A stretch of 32,000 nucleotides of DNA, taken from the NCBI GenBank assembly GCA_900234795.1, contig LT962688.1, positions 990,001-1,022,000 on the forward strand. Reading direction: 5' to 3'. Below, piece by piece: positions 8,522 to 16,002 of the stretch (the first letter of the stretch is position 1; each line of letters opens with the position of its first letter). Position numbers and translations under genes: made by a program. The notes beneath the pieces are model-generated. The model ran no database searches, was not told the DNA's origin, and saw only the letters and a list, made by a program, of their open reading frames with translations. The DNA is from Methylorubrum extorquens (GTDB lineage: Bacteria; Pseudomonadota; Alphaproteobacteria; Rhizobiales; Beijerinckiaceae).

Positions 8522-10069
8522 ATGAGGATGGAACGCGGGGTGGGTCAAGGATCGTCCGAGAGCTGGCTGCGGCCCGGGCTCACCTGCTGGCGGCAGGAGA
8601 GGGCGGGGCGCGTTGCAGTGCTGCATGACGGCGCGGCCTATTTCGCCGCCGCCCATGCGGCGCTGCTGAAGGCGCGCACCTCCATCACCCTGATCGGCTG
8701 GAGCTTCGATCCGCGCGCGCGCCTGCTGCCGGGAGATTCCCCCGATGCGGGCGAGACCCTGGCGGAATTGCTGCGCCGCCTGAAGGCCGCGCGGCCGGAA
8801 CTCGCCATCCGCATCCTGATCTGGGACATGCCCTGGCCGATCTCGGCGGGCAACGACCACACCCCCGACAGCGTACGGGAGAGCCTCGGGCCCGAGATCG
8901 ACTTCCGCATCGACGGCACGCTGCCCCTCGGCGCCTGCCAGCATCAGAAGATCCTCGTGATCGACGATGCGATCGCCTTCAGCGGCGGCAGCGACTTCGA
9001 GGTGAACCGCTGGGACACCCCCGCCCACCGCGACCGCGATCCCCGCCGCCGCCTGCCCTCCGGCGAGGACTACCCGCCGCGTCACGACGTGATGATGCTA
9101 GTCGATCGTGACGCCGCGCGGGCGCTGGCGGATCTGGCCCGCGAGCGCTGGCGCCGCGCCACCGGCGAAAGCCTTCCGTCTGCCGACAGCGATCCGGACG
9201 GGGACTCGGACTTGGATCCTTGGCCCGAAACCCTCGCGCCGCACCTGACCGACGTGACGGTGGGGCTCGCCCGCACCGATCCGCCGCTGGCTGGGCGCCC
9301 GGCGGTGACGGAGAGCGCCGCGCTCTATCGCGCCTCGATCCGCGCGGCGGAGCGCTTCATCTATCTGGAGAACCAGTATCTCACCTCGCCGGTCGTCGCG
9401 GAGGCGCTGGCCGAGCGCCTCGCCGAACCCGACGGGCCGGAGATCGTGATCGTGCTGTCCGAGCGCAGCCCGAGCGGCTTCGACCGCCTGACCATGGACA
9501 GCGCCCGCCGTGGCCTGATCCGGGCGTTGCGCCGCGCAGACCGGTTCGACCGGCTGCGGATCGTGGCGCCGCACACGGAGAAGGGCCGGCCGATCCTGGT
9601 GCATGCCAAGGTCGCGATCATCGACGAGCGCCTGCTGCGGATCGGCTCGACCAACCTCAACAACCGCTCCCTCGGCTACGACACCGAGTGCGACCTCGCC
9701 GTGGAGGTGCCGGCCGACGACGCCGAGGCCCGCGCGGCTTTGCGGCGGCTGCTCGTCCGGCTGCTCTCCCATCACGGCGGCTGCCCGCCCGATGTGTTCG
9801 GGCAAGCCTTCGCGGCGCGCGGCTCCCTGCGCGCGGTGCTCGACGATCCCCGTTTGATGCCGTGCTCGCGGGTCTGCCCCCTCGTTCCCTCCCGCCGCGG
9901 CCCGGTGGCCCGCCTCGTCGATACTTTCCATCTCGGCGACCCGGTGAGCCCCGCCGACGCGTGGCGTCCCTGGCGCCGCCGCAAGGCGCTGCGCCGGGTT
10001 GGCGGCTCAGGTTTCTTGGTGGAGGACAGCGCCTCACAACCGGAGAAGGCGGCACTGGGCGCCTCATGA
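8522..10069 (+). CDS. Phospholipase D superfamily protein with two HKD motifs and no TM segment
   Basis: The two HKD motifs are 'HQKILVIDDAIAFSGGSDF' and 'HAKVAIIDERLLRIGSTNLNNRS'. No hydrophobic helices are present and the C-terminus is Arg-rich. An alternative start is ATG 8528. Confidence 0.9.
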   Translation: MRMERGVGQGSSESWLRPGLTCWRQERAGRVAVLHDGAAYFAAAHAALLKARTSITLIGWSFDPRARLLPGDSPDAGETLAELLRRLKAARPELAIRILIWDMPWPISAGNDHTPDSVRESLGPEIDFRIDGTLPLGACQHQKILVIDDAIAFSGGSDFEVNRWDTPAHRDRDPRRRLPSGEDYPPRHDVMMLVDRDAARALADLARERWRRATGESLPSADSDPDGDSDLDPWPETLAPHLTDVTVGLARTDPPLAGRPAVTESAALYRASIRAAERFIYLENQYLTSPVVAEALAERLAEPDGPEIVIVLSERSPSGFDRLTMDSARRGLIRALRRADRFDRLRIVAPHTEKGRPILVHAKVAIIDERLLRIGSTNLNNRSLGYDTECDLAVEVPADDAEARAALRRLLVRLLSHHGGCPPDVFGQAFAARGSLRAVLDDPRLMPCSRVCPLVPSRRGPVARLVDTFHLGDPVSPADAWRPWRRRKALRRVGGSGFLVEDSASQPEKAALGAS

Positions 10070-10111
10070 CCCCCTACCGTGACGGTTGGACGGTTGGATT
10101 TTAACCGGCTC

Positions 10112-10139
10112 CCCCTCTCCCCGTACGCGGGGAGAGGGG
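10112..10139. terminator. Strong hairpin at the convergent PLD/asparaginase junction; likely a bidirectional terminator or REP-like hairpin
   Basis: CCCCTCTCCCCG-tacg-CGGGGAGAGGGG gives a 12-bp perfect stem and a 4-nt loop. It lies between stop codons at 10069 (+) and 10185 (-). There is no clear T-tract. Confidence 0.55.
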
Positions 10140-10184
10140 ATGCGCGCGAAGTCGAGGCGGTCCCAGAGAGCAGAAGGCGCGCGG

Positions 10185-11252
10185 CTACTTGTCGAACATC
10201 GCCTGCAAAGCGGCCTGATCCTTCCGCGCCTCCTTTCCCGCGGGCAGGGCGATCAGGGTGAGGATGCGCGCCTTGTCCGGCGTGAGGTCGCCCGCGAACA
10301 CCGCGCCGGCCTTGCGCAGGGTGTTGCCGCCGCCCTTGAAGCCGTAGACCGGTAGGGCGCGGCCGTCATGGACCTTGGTTGCCACGATCACCGGCACACC
10401 CTTGGCGATGACCTCGGCGATGGCATCGTGCATCTCGGCGTTGACGTTGCCCCAGCCATAGGCCTCGACCACGATCGCCTCGGCCCCGCTCTCGGCCGCG
10501 TGCCGCACCTGCGAGCCGTCGGCGCCGGCATACATCGCCACGAGATCGACCCGCGGCATCCGCTCCGGCAGCGGCAGGGTCTGGCGGCGCAAGGAGCGGC
10601 GGCTGAACACGACGCGGTCCTCGTCCACGTATCCCAGGATGCCCACCTCCCCCGAATTGAAGGTCTCGACGTTGCTGGTGTGGGTCTTGCGCACCTCGCG
10701 CGCCGCGTTGATGCGGTGGTTGAGCGTCACCGTCACGCCCTGGCCCACCGCGCCCTCGGCCAGGATCTGGCGGGCGGCGTTGAGGAGGTTGCGCGGGCCG
10801 TCCGCATCCGCGTCGGAGGCGTTGCGCTGGGCGCCCACCAGCACCACCGGCTTGTCGCTCTTCAGCGTCAGGTCGAGGAAGTAGGCGGTCTGATCGAGGG
10901 TGTCGGTCCCGTGCAGGACGATCGCCCCGCGAATACCGGGATCGGCGAGCAGCGCGTCGAGCTTAGCGGTCAACGCCGGCCAGCGGTCCGGGCCCATATA
11001 GTCGCTCGGCACGTTGCTGAACTCGGTGACCTCGATGGTGGCGATGTCCTTCAGCTTGGGCACCGCCGCGACGAGATCCTCGCCCGAGAGGGCCGGGACC
11101 GGCGCGTGGGTCGTGGGATCGAGCTTCATCGCGATGGTGCCGCCGGTCGCGACTACGGCGATCCGCGGCGACTCGGCCCGTGCCGGCCCGGCGGACAATG
11201 CGGTCAGGGCGGCGAGACCGAGAGCGGTCAGGGGTCCGGTCGTCTTCGTCAT
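10185..11252 (-). CDS. Periplasmic type II L-asparaginase/glutaminase
   Basis: Signal peptide ending 'AGPARA-ES'. Catalytic motifs 'VVATGGTIAM' and 'LHGTDTLDQTAYFL' are present. Confidence 0.92.
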   Translation of the reverse strand: MTKTTGPLTALGLAALTALSAGPARAESPRIAVVATGGTIAMKLDPTTHAPVPALSGEDLVAAVPKLKDIATIEVTEFSNVPSDYMGPDRWPALTAKLDALLADPGIRGAIVLHGTDTLDQTAYFLDLTLKSDKPVVLVGAQRNASDADADGPRNLLNAARQILAEGAVGQGVTVTLNHRINAAREVRKTHTSNVETFNSGEVGILGYVDEDRVVFSRRSLRRQTLPLPERMPRVDLVAMYAGADGSQVRHAAESGAEAIVVEAYGWGNVNAEMHDAIAEVIAKGVPVIVATKVHDGRALPVYGFKGGGNTLRKAGAVFAGDLTPDKARILTLIALPAGKEARKDQAALQAMFDK

Positions 11253-11330
11253 CGTGCGCGCATCCTCTCCCGTCCACGGCCGGTCGTCGGGCCGGCCCGC
11301 GGACGACCATGCTCGCGCGCGGAAAGACCC

Positions 11331-12317
11331 TCAACCCGGCTCGATCCGGATCTCCGCCAGAACCGGCAGATGGTCGGACGCCTTCCGCGCCAGCGGCGTG
11401 TCCACGACCGTGATGCGCTCGACGGCGACGCGCTCGCTGACGAAGACATGGTCGACGCGCAACAGGGGGAAGCGGCTCGGGAAGGTGGCGCCGCCGCGCC
11501 GCCAGCGCCGTTCCCCCGTGAGCCGCCGCGCATCGGTGAGGCGTCCACTCAGCCGGCGGTAGGCGCGCGACCAGCCCATGGCGTTGAAGTCGCCGAGCAG
11601 CACCGTCGGCGCGTGGCAGGCGGGATCGCCGAGCCAGTCGGGCCCGAGCAGCGCCTTGGCCTGGGCGACGCGCTCCGCCCCGAGCAATCCGAAATGGGTG
11701 GTGATCACCTGAAGCTTGCTGGCGCCCGCCGTCACCTCGACCCACAGTGCCCCCCTTGGCTCCAGGCCGGGGCGCCGCAGCAGGCCGGGCAGGGGGCCGG
11801 CGCGCTTGAGCCGCGACGGCAGGTGGGTGAGCACGGCATCGCCGTAGCGCTCCTCCTCGATGTGCAGGGCCGGGTGGAAATGCGAGAACATTCCGACCAG
11901 CCGGGCGATCTCCTCCGCCTGATCCAGACCGTCGGTGCGCGGGCGCCCGACATCGACCTCTTGGAGCGCGACGATGTCGGGCGCCAAGGCGGCGATCACC
12001 CGTGCAACCCGCTCCGGCGCGACCCGCCCGTCGGTGCCGCGGCAATGGCGGACGTTGTAGGTGAGCAGGCGCAAGCGCCGCGACGCCGCCGATGCCGGCT
12101 CATCCGACGCGAGTTCCGATCGTTCCCCGGCATGCGCCTCGATCTGCTCCTGTTGCACGCCCTCTCCCCCGGCCGGATTGCAGCGCGCCGCCTGCAAGGA
12201 GCCGGAGCGGCGCGCGCCAACCGAACGCCGGGACGGGCCAACCGATCCCTGATCGCGTCGGATCGCATGCAGCCAAACCGCGCCGACGGCCGTTTTCCGC
12301 GTCCGGCGGAACCGCAT
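11331..12317 (-). CDS. Endonuclease/exonuclease/phosphatase (EEP) family hydrolase
   Basis: 'LRLLTYNVRHC', 'DIVALQEVD', 'LLGDFNA' and C-terminal 'SDHLPVLAEI' are EEP signatures. The start is uncertain: ATG 12317 was chosen, the ORF extends to 12413, and the conserved domain starts near 12100. Confidence 0.8.
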   Translation of the reverse strand: MRFRRTRKTAVGAVWLHAIRRDQGSVGPSRRSVGARRSGSLQAARCNPAGGEGVQQEQIEAHAGERSELASDEPASAASRRLRLLTYNVRHCRGTDGRVAPERVARVIAALAPDIVALQEVDVGRPRTDGLDQAEEIARLVGMFSHFHPALHIEEERYGDAVLTHLPSRLKRAGPLPGLLRRPGLEPRGALWVEVTAGASKLQVITTHFGLLGAERVAQAKALLGPDWLGDPACHAPTVLLGDFNAMGWSRAYRRLSGRLTDARRLTGERRWRRGGATFPSRFPLLRVDHVFVSERVAVERITVVDTPLARKASDHLPVLAEIRIEPG

Positions 12318-12411
12318 CGGAGATGACCTCTTTCGAACAGGCGAGGCGCGTGATGCAGTGCCGAAGACGGAATCAGGTAAACGCGATGCGGACGAGCAGG
12401 GCACGCAAGGC

Positions 12412-13299
12412 ATGAGAACCGAGGACGCCAGCGCCCGCTACGTCGATCTCGACGCCTGGGGCGGGCTCGACATTCTCCAGGCGCTCTGGGAGGGCCAGCT
12501 CGCGGCAGTGGCGGCGGTGGGGCCGGCCCTGCCGGCGATCGATGCGGCGGCGCGGGCCGCCGATCCGGGCCTGCGTGAGGGCGGACGGCTGGTCTATGTC
12601 GGAGCCGGCACCTCCGCGCGGATCGGCGTGCAGGACGGGGCGGAGCTGCCGCCGACCTTCGACTGGCCGGAGGCGCAGCTCGGTTTCGCCATCGCTGGCG
12701 GGGAGGGCGCCTTGCTGCGCGCCGTGGAGGATGCCGAGGATTCCGCCGCCGACGGCGCCGCCTGGATCGCAAGCGCCGAGATCGGACCGCGCGACGTAGT
12801 GGTGGGGCTGGCCGCCAGCGGCTCGACGCCCTTCACCGTCGAGGCGCTGAAGGCCGCCCGCAGCCGCGGCGCCGTCACCGTCGGCATCAGCAACAACCCC
12901 GACGCGCCGATCCTGCGCGAGGCCGCCCAGGGCATCCTCGCCGCCACGGGGGCCGAGGTGCTGGCGGGCTCCACCCGCATGAAGGCGGGCACGGCCCAGA
13001 AGGTGATCCTCAACCTGTTCTCGACCCTGGTGATGATCCGGCTCGGCCGGGTTTATCGCGGGCGGATGGTGGCGATGCGCGCGACCAACCGGAAGCTGCG
13101 CGCCCGCGGCGTTGCCATGGTCTCCGAGCTCGCCGGCTGCCCGGCAGACGTCGCCGCCGACGCCCTGACGCGAGCCGAGGGCGACATCAAGCGTGCGGTG
13201 CTGCTCGCAGGGGGGATGAGCGCCATGCGGGCCGACGACCTGCTCCTGCGCCATGACGGCAACCTGCGCCGGGCGCTTCGTGAGGTGGGCCGATCATGA
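12412..13299 (+). CDS. murQ: N-acetylmuramic acid 6-phosphate etherase
   Basis: 'LVYVGAGTSARIGVQDGAELPPTF', 'GLAASGSTPF' and 'GSTRMKAGTAQKVILNLFST' match remembered E. coli MurQ motifs. ATG 12412 is preceded by 'gcaagg'. Confidence 0.92.
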   Translation: MRTEDASARYVDLDAWGGLDILQALWEGQLAAVAAVGPALPAIDAAARAADPGLREGGRLVYVGAGTSARIGVQDGAELPPTFDWPEAQLGFAIAGGEGALLRAVEDAEDSAADGAAWIASAEIGPRDVVVGLAASGSTPFTVEALKAARSRGAVTVGISNNPDAPILREAAQGILAATGAEVLAGSTRMKAGTAQKVILNLFSTLVMIRLGRVYRGRMVAMRATNRKLRARGVAMVSELAGCPADVAADALTRAEGDIKRAVLLAGGMSAMRADDLLLRHDGNLRRALREVGRS

Positions 13300-14306
13300 G
13301 CGCAACGACCTTCATGGCGCGGGAGATCGCCGAGATCCCCGACGCCGCCGCTTTGCTGGTAGCCGGCGAAGCAGCCCGGATCGGTGCGACGCTGCGGGCC
13401 AGGAGCTTCCCCTTCGTGGTCGTGTGCGGACGGGGCAGTTCGGGCCATGCCGGCGTGCATCTGCGCTACCTGATCGAGACGCGGCTCAGCCTGCCGGTTT
13501 CGGCCGCTGCGCCCTCGGTGGTGACGGGCTATGACCGTCCGCCGAACGTGGCGGGCGCGCTCTTCATCGTGGTCTCACAATCAGGCCGCTCGCCCGATCT
13601 CGTCGCGGCGACGGAAGCGGCGCGGGCCGGCGGCGCCCTGACGCTCGCCCTCGTCAACGATCCCGACTCCCCGGCCGCGCGGGCGAGCGACCTCGTCCTG
13701 CCGATCCTCGCCGGGCCGGAGCATGCGGTCGCCGCCACCAAGACGGTGACGAATTCAGCCATCGCGGGCGCGGCGCTGGTTTCGGCCTGGGCCGGCGACA
13801 GCGAGCTGGAACGGGGCCTTGCCGCCCTACCGGAGCGGCTGAGACAGGCACTCACCCTCGACTGGTCCGCCTGGAGCGCCGACCTCGCGGGCGCGCCTGC
13901 GGCCTTCGTCACCGGGCGCGGCCACGGTCTCGGGCCGCTGCGCGAAATCGCCCTCAAGCTCGCCGAGACCCTGCGCCTGCCCGCGCTCGGCTACTCGGCG
14001 GCGGAGCTGCGCCACGGGCCCCGCGCCTCCGTCTCAGTCGCAACGCCGGTCCTGGCCCTGCGCCAGGCCGATCCGCTGGCCGAGGGCGTGGACGCCCTCG
14101 TGCGCGACCTCAGCCGCGACGGAATGCGGGTCCATGCCTGCGGCGGCCCCCTCGGCACCCTGCCCTGGCTCGGCGACGGCCATCCGGCCTGCGACCCCAT
14201 CGCCATGCTGGTGCCGGCCTACCGCGCCATCGAGGCCGAAGCCCGCCGCCGCGGCCTCGACCCGGACAAGCCGGCCGGCCTCACCAAGGTGACGGAGACG
14301 CTGTGA
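13296..14306 (+). CDS. SIS-domain sugar-phosphate isomerase/deaminase (GlmS isomerase-domain-like; NagB-II/AgaS-type GlcN-6-P deaminase)
   Basis: There are two SIS-like halves, with 'VVVCGRGSSGHAG' and 'FIVVSQSGRSPDLV'. ATG 13296 overlaps the murQ stop (ATGA). The gene sits between murQ and nagA. Confidence 0.8.
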   Translation: MSATTFMAREIAEIPDAAALLVAGEAARIGATLRARSFPFVVVCGRGSSGHAGVHLRYLIETRLSLPVSAAAPSVVTGYDRPPNVAGALFIVVSQSGRSPDLVAATEAARAGGALTLALVNDPDSPAARASDLVLPILAGPEHAVAATKTVTNSAIAGAALVSAWAGDSELERGLAALPERLRQALTLDWSAWSADLAGAPAAFVTGRGHGLGPLREIALKLAETLRLPALGYSAAELRHGPRASVSVATPVLALRQADPLAEGVDALVRDLSRDGMRVHACGGPLGTLPWLGDGHPACDPIAMLVPAYRAIEAEARRRGLDPDKPAGLTKVTETL

Positions 14307-14322
14307 TGACGAGGCCGGGTTT

Positions 14323-14342
14323 CGAAAGGGCGAGCCCTTTCG
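14323..14342 (+). other. Hairpin just downstream of the SIS gene stop
   Basis: CGAAAGGGC-ga-GCCCTTTCG is a near-perfect palindrome, effectively an 8-bp stem with a 4-nt loop. No T-tract follows. It is intra-operonic, between the SIS gene and nagA. Confidence 0.4.
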
Positions 14343-14361
14343 CGGATCAGTGGCAGAGCCC

Positions 14362-14425
14362 TGGGACGATATCGGGGCGCTGCCCCGACACCCCGCCAAA
14401 AGGATGATCCCTTTGGGAACCCGGG
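14362..14425 (-). repeat. REP-like two-hairpin element, family 1, copy B (reverse orientation)
   Basis: The reverse complement aligns by hand with 27742-27799 at 51 of 58 identical positions. It contains the hairpins CCAAAAGGATGATCCCTTTGG and CGGGGC-g-CTGCCCCG. One stem difference between the copies is compensatory (G-C versus A-T). Confidence 0.75.
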
Positions 14426-15570
14426 ATTATCACGCGATCGCTGCCGAGCGCGTCTTCGATGGCGAGCGGATGCTCGGCGACCGCACCGTCGTGCTGCGCG
14501 GCGGGCACATCATCGACGTCACCGCCGAGCCGCCCGCGGATGTTCCCCTCGTCCGGCTGCCGGCGGGCGCGGTGCTGGCGCCGGGCTTCATCGACTGTCA
14601 GGTCAATGGCGGCGGAGGGGTGCTCCTCAACGACGATTCCAGCCTGGCCGGCATCGCCCGGATCGCGGGCGCGCACCGGCGCGGCGGCACCACCGCCCTG
14701 CTGCCGACCCTCATCACCGACACGCGGCCCGCGATCCGGGCGGCCATCGCGGGCGTTGCGGCGGCGATCCAGGCGGGCGTCCCCGGCATCCTCGGCATAC
14801 ACCTCGAAGGGCCGTTCCTGAGCCCGCAGCGGATCGGCATCCACGACCCGTCCCGACTCGCCGAATTCGGGCCCGGCGACGCCGAACTCCTGACCAGCCT
14901 GGGCGAGCACGGCCTCACCCTGGTGACGCTGGCCCCCGAGCAGGTGCCAGCCGGCGCGGTGGCCGATCTCGTCGCCCGCGGCGCCCGGGTCTGCGCAGGG
15001 CATACGGCGGACACCGGGGTCGCGATCCGGGCGGCGATGGCGGAAGGGCTCACCGGCTTCACCCACCTGTTCAACGCTATGTCACAGATCGGCCCGCGCG
15101 AGACCGGCGCGGTCGGCGTCGCCCTCTCGGAGGCCAGGACTTTTGCCGGGATCATCGCCGACGGATACCATGTCGGCGACGACCAGCTTCGGCTGGCCCT
15201 GCGCCTCAAGGGAAGCGAGCGGCTGATGCTGGTGAGCGATGCCATGCCACCGGTCGGCGACACCCGCGCGGACGCGTCCTTCACCCTGTTCGGACGCCGG
15301 ATCGTCCGGACCGGCGACCGGCTCACCGGCGAGGACGGCACCCTGGCGGGCGCGGCGATCACCATGGCGGAGGCCGTCCGCCACATGAGCACGCGCGGCG
15401 GCGCCTCCCTCGCGGAGGCCCTGGCGATGGCCTCGCTGACCCCAGCCCGCTTCCTCGGGCTCGACGCCCGGCTCGGCCGGATCGCCCCCGGCTTTGCCGC
15501 CGATCTCGTCGCGCTCTCCGCCGACAGGGCGGTGCTCGGCACGTGGATCGGCGGGGAACAAGCCGTGTAA
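14404..15570 (+). CDS. nagA: N-acetylglucosamine-6-phosphate deacetylase
   Basis: 'APGFIDCQVNGGGGVLLND', 'HLEGPFLSP' and 'THLFNAMS' are NagA signatures. ATG 14404 has AAGGA upstream. An alternative start is GTG 14350. Confidence 0.92.
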   Translation: MIPLGTRDYHAIAAERVFDGERMLGDRTVVLRGGHIIDVTAEPPADVPLVRLPAGAVLAPGFIDCQVNGGGGVLLNDDSSLAGIARIAGAHRRGGTTALLPTLITDTRPAIRAAIAGVAAAIQAGVPGILGIHLEGPFLSPQRIGIHDPSRLAEFGPGDAELLTSLGEHGLTLVTLAPEQVPAGAVADLVARGARVCAGHTADTGVAIRAAMAEGLTGFTHLFNAMSQIGPRETGAVGVALSEARTFAGIIADGYHVGDDQLRLALRLKGSERLMLVSDAMPPVGDTRADASFTLFGRRIVRTGDRLTGEDGTLAGAAITMAEAVRHMSTRGGASLAEALAMASLTPARFLGLDARLGRIAPGFAADLVALSADRAVLGTWIGGEQAV

Positions 15571-15632
15571 GTCACGGTTCGCTCCCTCACGGAGCCCGTC
15601 CGGGGCCGCATTTTCCAAAAGGGTCGAGAACC

Positions 15633-15911
15633 ATGAAACTTCCGCTTCGGCGCGGCCTCTTCATCCTGGCCGCAACGCTCACCCTCGCCGCCGGCCCGGT
15701 GGCCGCGCAGGGCAGCAGCGGCAATGCGGGCAGCGGGCTCTCGCCGTCGGCGAGCGCCACCGGCAACGACCGCAGCGCCGGCGTCAACAACGGCAACTAC
15801 CGCCGACCCGGCGGCTACGGCACGCGGCGGGGCTACAGCACGCGGCGGGCCTACCGCCCGACCAGGAGCCATTCGCGGCGGTCCATGCGGAGCCGCGCGC
15901 CCCGGTTCTGA
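15633..15911 (+). CDS. Small secreted protein (92 aa precursor) with a Gly/Ser-rich then Arg/Tyr/Gly-rich basic mature part
   Basis: ATG 15633 within ORF 15543..15911. The Sec-type signal is 'MKLPLRRGLFILAATLTLAAGPVAA-QG'. The third-position G/C pattern fits this frame. No family was recognised. Confidence 0.5.
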   Translation: MKLPLRRGLFILAATLTLAAGPVAAQGSSGNAGSGLSPSASATGNDRSAGVNNGNYRRPGGYGTRRGYSTRRAYRPTRSHSRRSMRSRAPRF

Positions 15912-16002
15912 GCGGTGCGCCGCTTCACGTTGCCTGATGTCGCAGGGTCGAACCTTGTGAGCCGGGAGACGTTGGCGCGGCGCAACTTAACCGGGAACGG
16001 CC

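Noticed and set aside
7117-8523. A 468-aa minus-strand ORF opposite the hypothetical and TVP38 genes, plus 7836..8525(+) in another frame.
   Set aside because: No motifs are present. The TVP38 frame shows clear TM helices and family motifs. These ORFs are a GC-rich artefact.
8522-10069. The PLD-superfamily protein was considered as a possible anti-phage or nuclease defence component.
   Set aside because: It has the two-HKD architecture and size of lipid-type PLD/Cls-like enzymes. It is paired with a DedA/TVP38 membrane protein and has no helicase, ATPase, methylase or other defence-associated neighbour. Nothing in the sequence supports a defence role.
10082-10097. A tandem octamer, ACGGTTGG ACGGTTGG, just after the PLD stop.
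   Set aside because: It is only two units of 8 nt with no further copies seen in the window. It is most simply a small slippage duplication in non-coding DNA, with no evident function.
10368-12772. A 652-aa plus-strand ORF (10368..12326) and the minus-strand ORFs 10963..12045 and 11996..12772, which span the asparaginase, EEP and murQ regions.
   Set aside because: They overlap genes with strong catalytic motifs on the other strand or frame. Their translations are Arg/Pro/Gly-rich with no domains.
14598-15872. A 424-aa minus-strand ORF opposite nagA and the small secreted ORF.
   Set aside because: It is a shadow of nagA with Ser/Arg/Pro/Ala low-complexity sequence. The nagA motifs are unambiguous on the plus strand.
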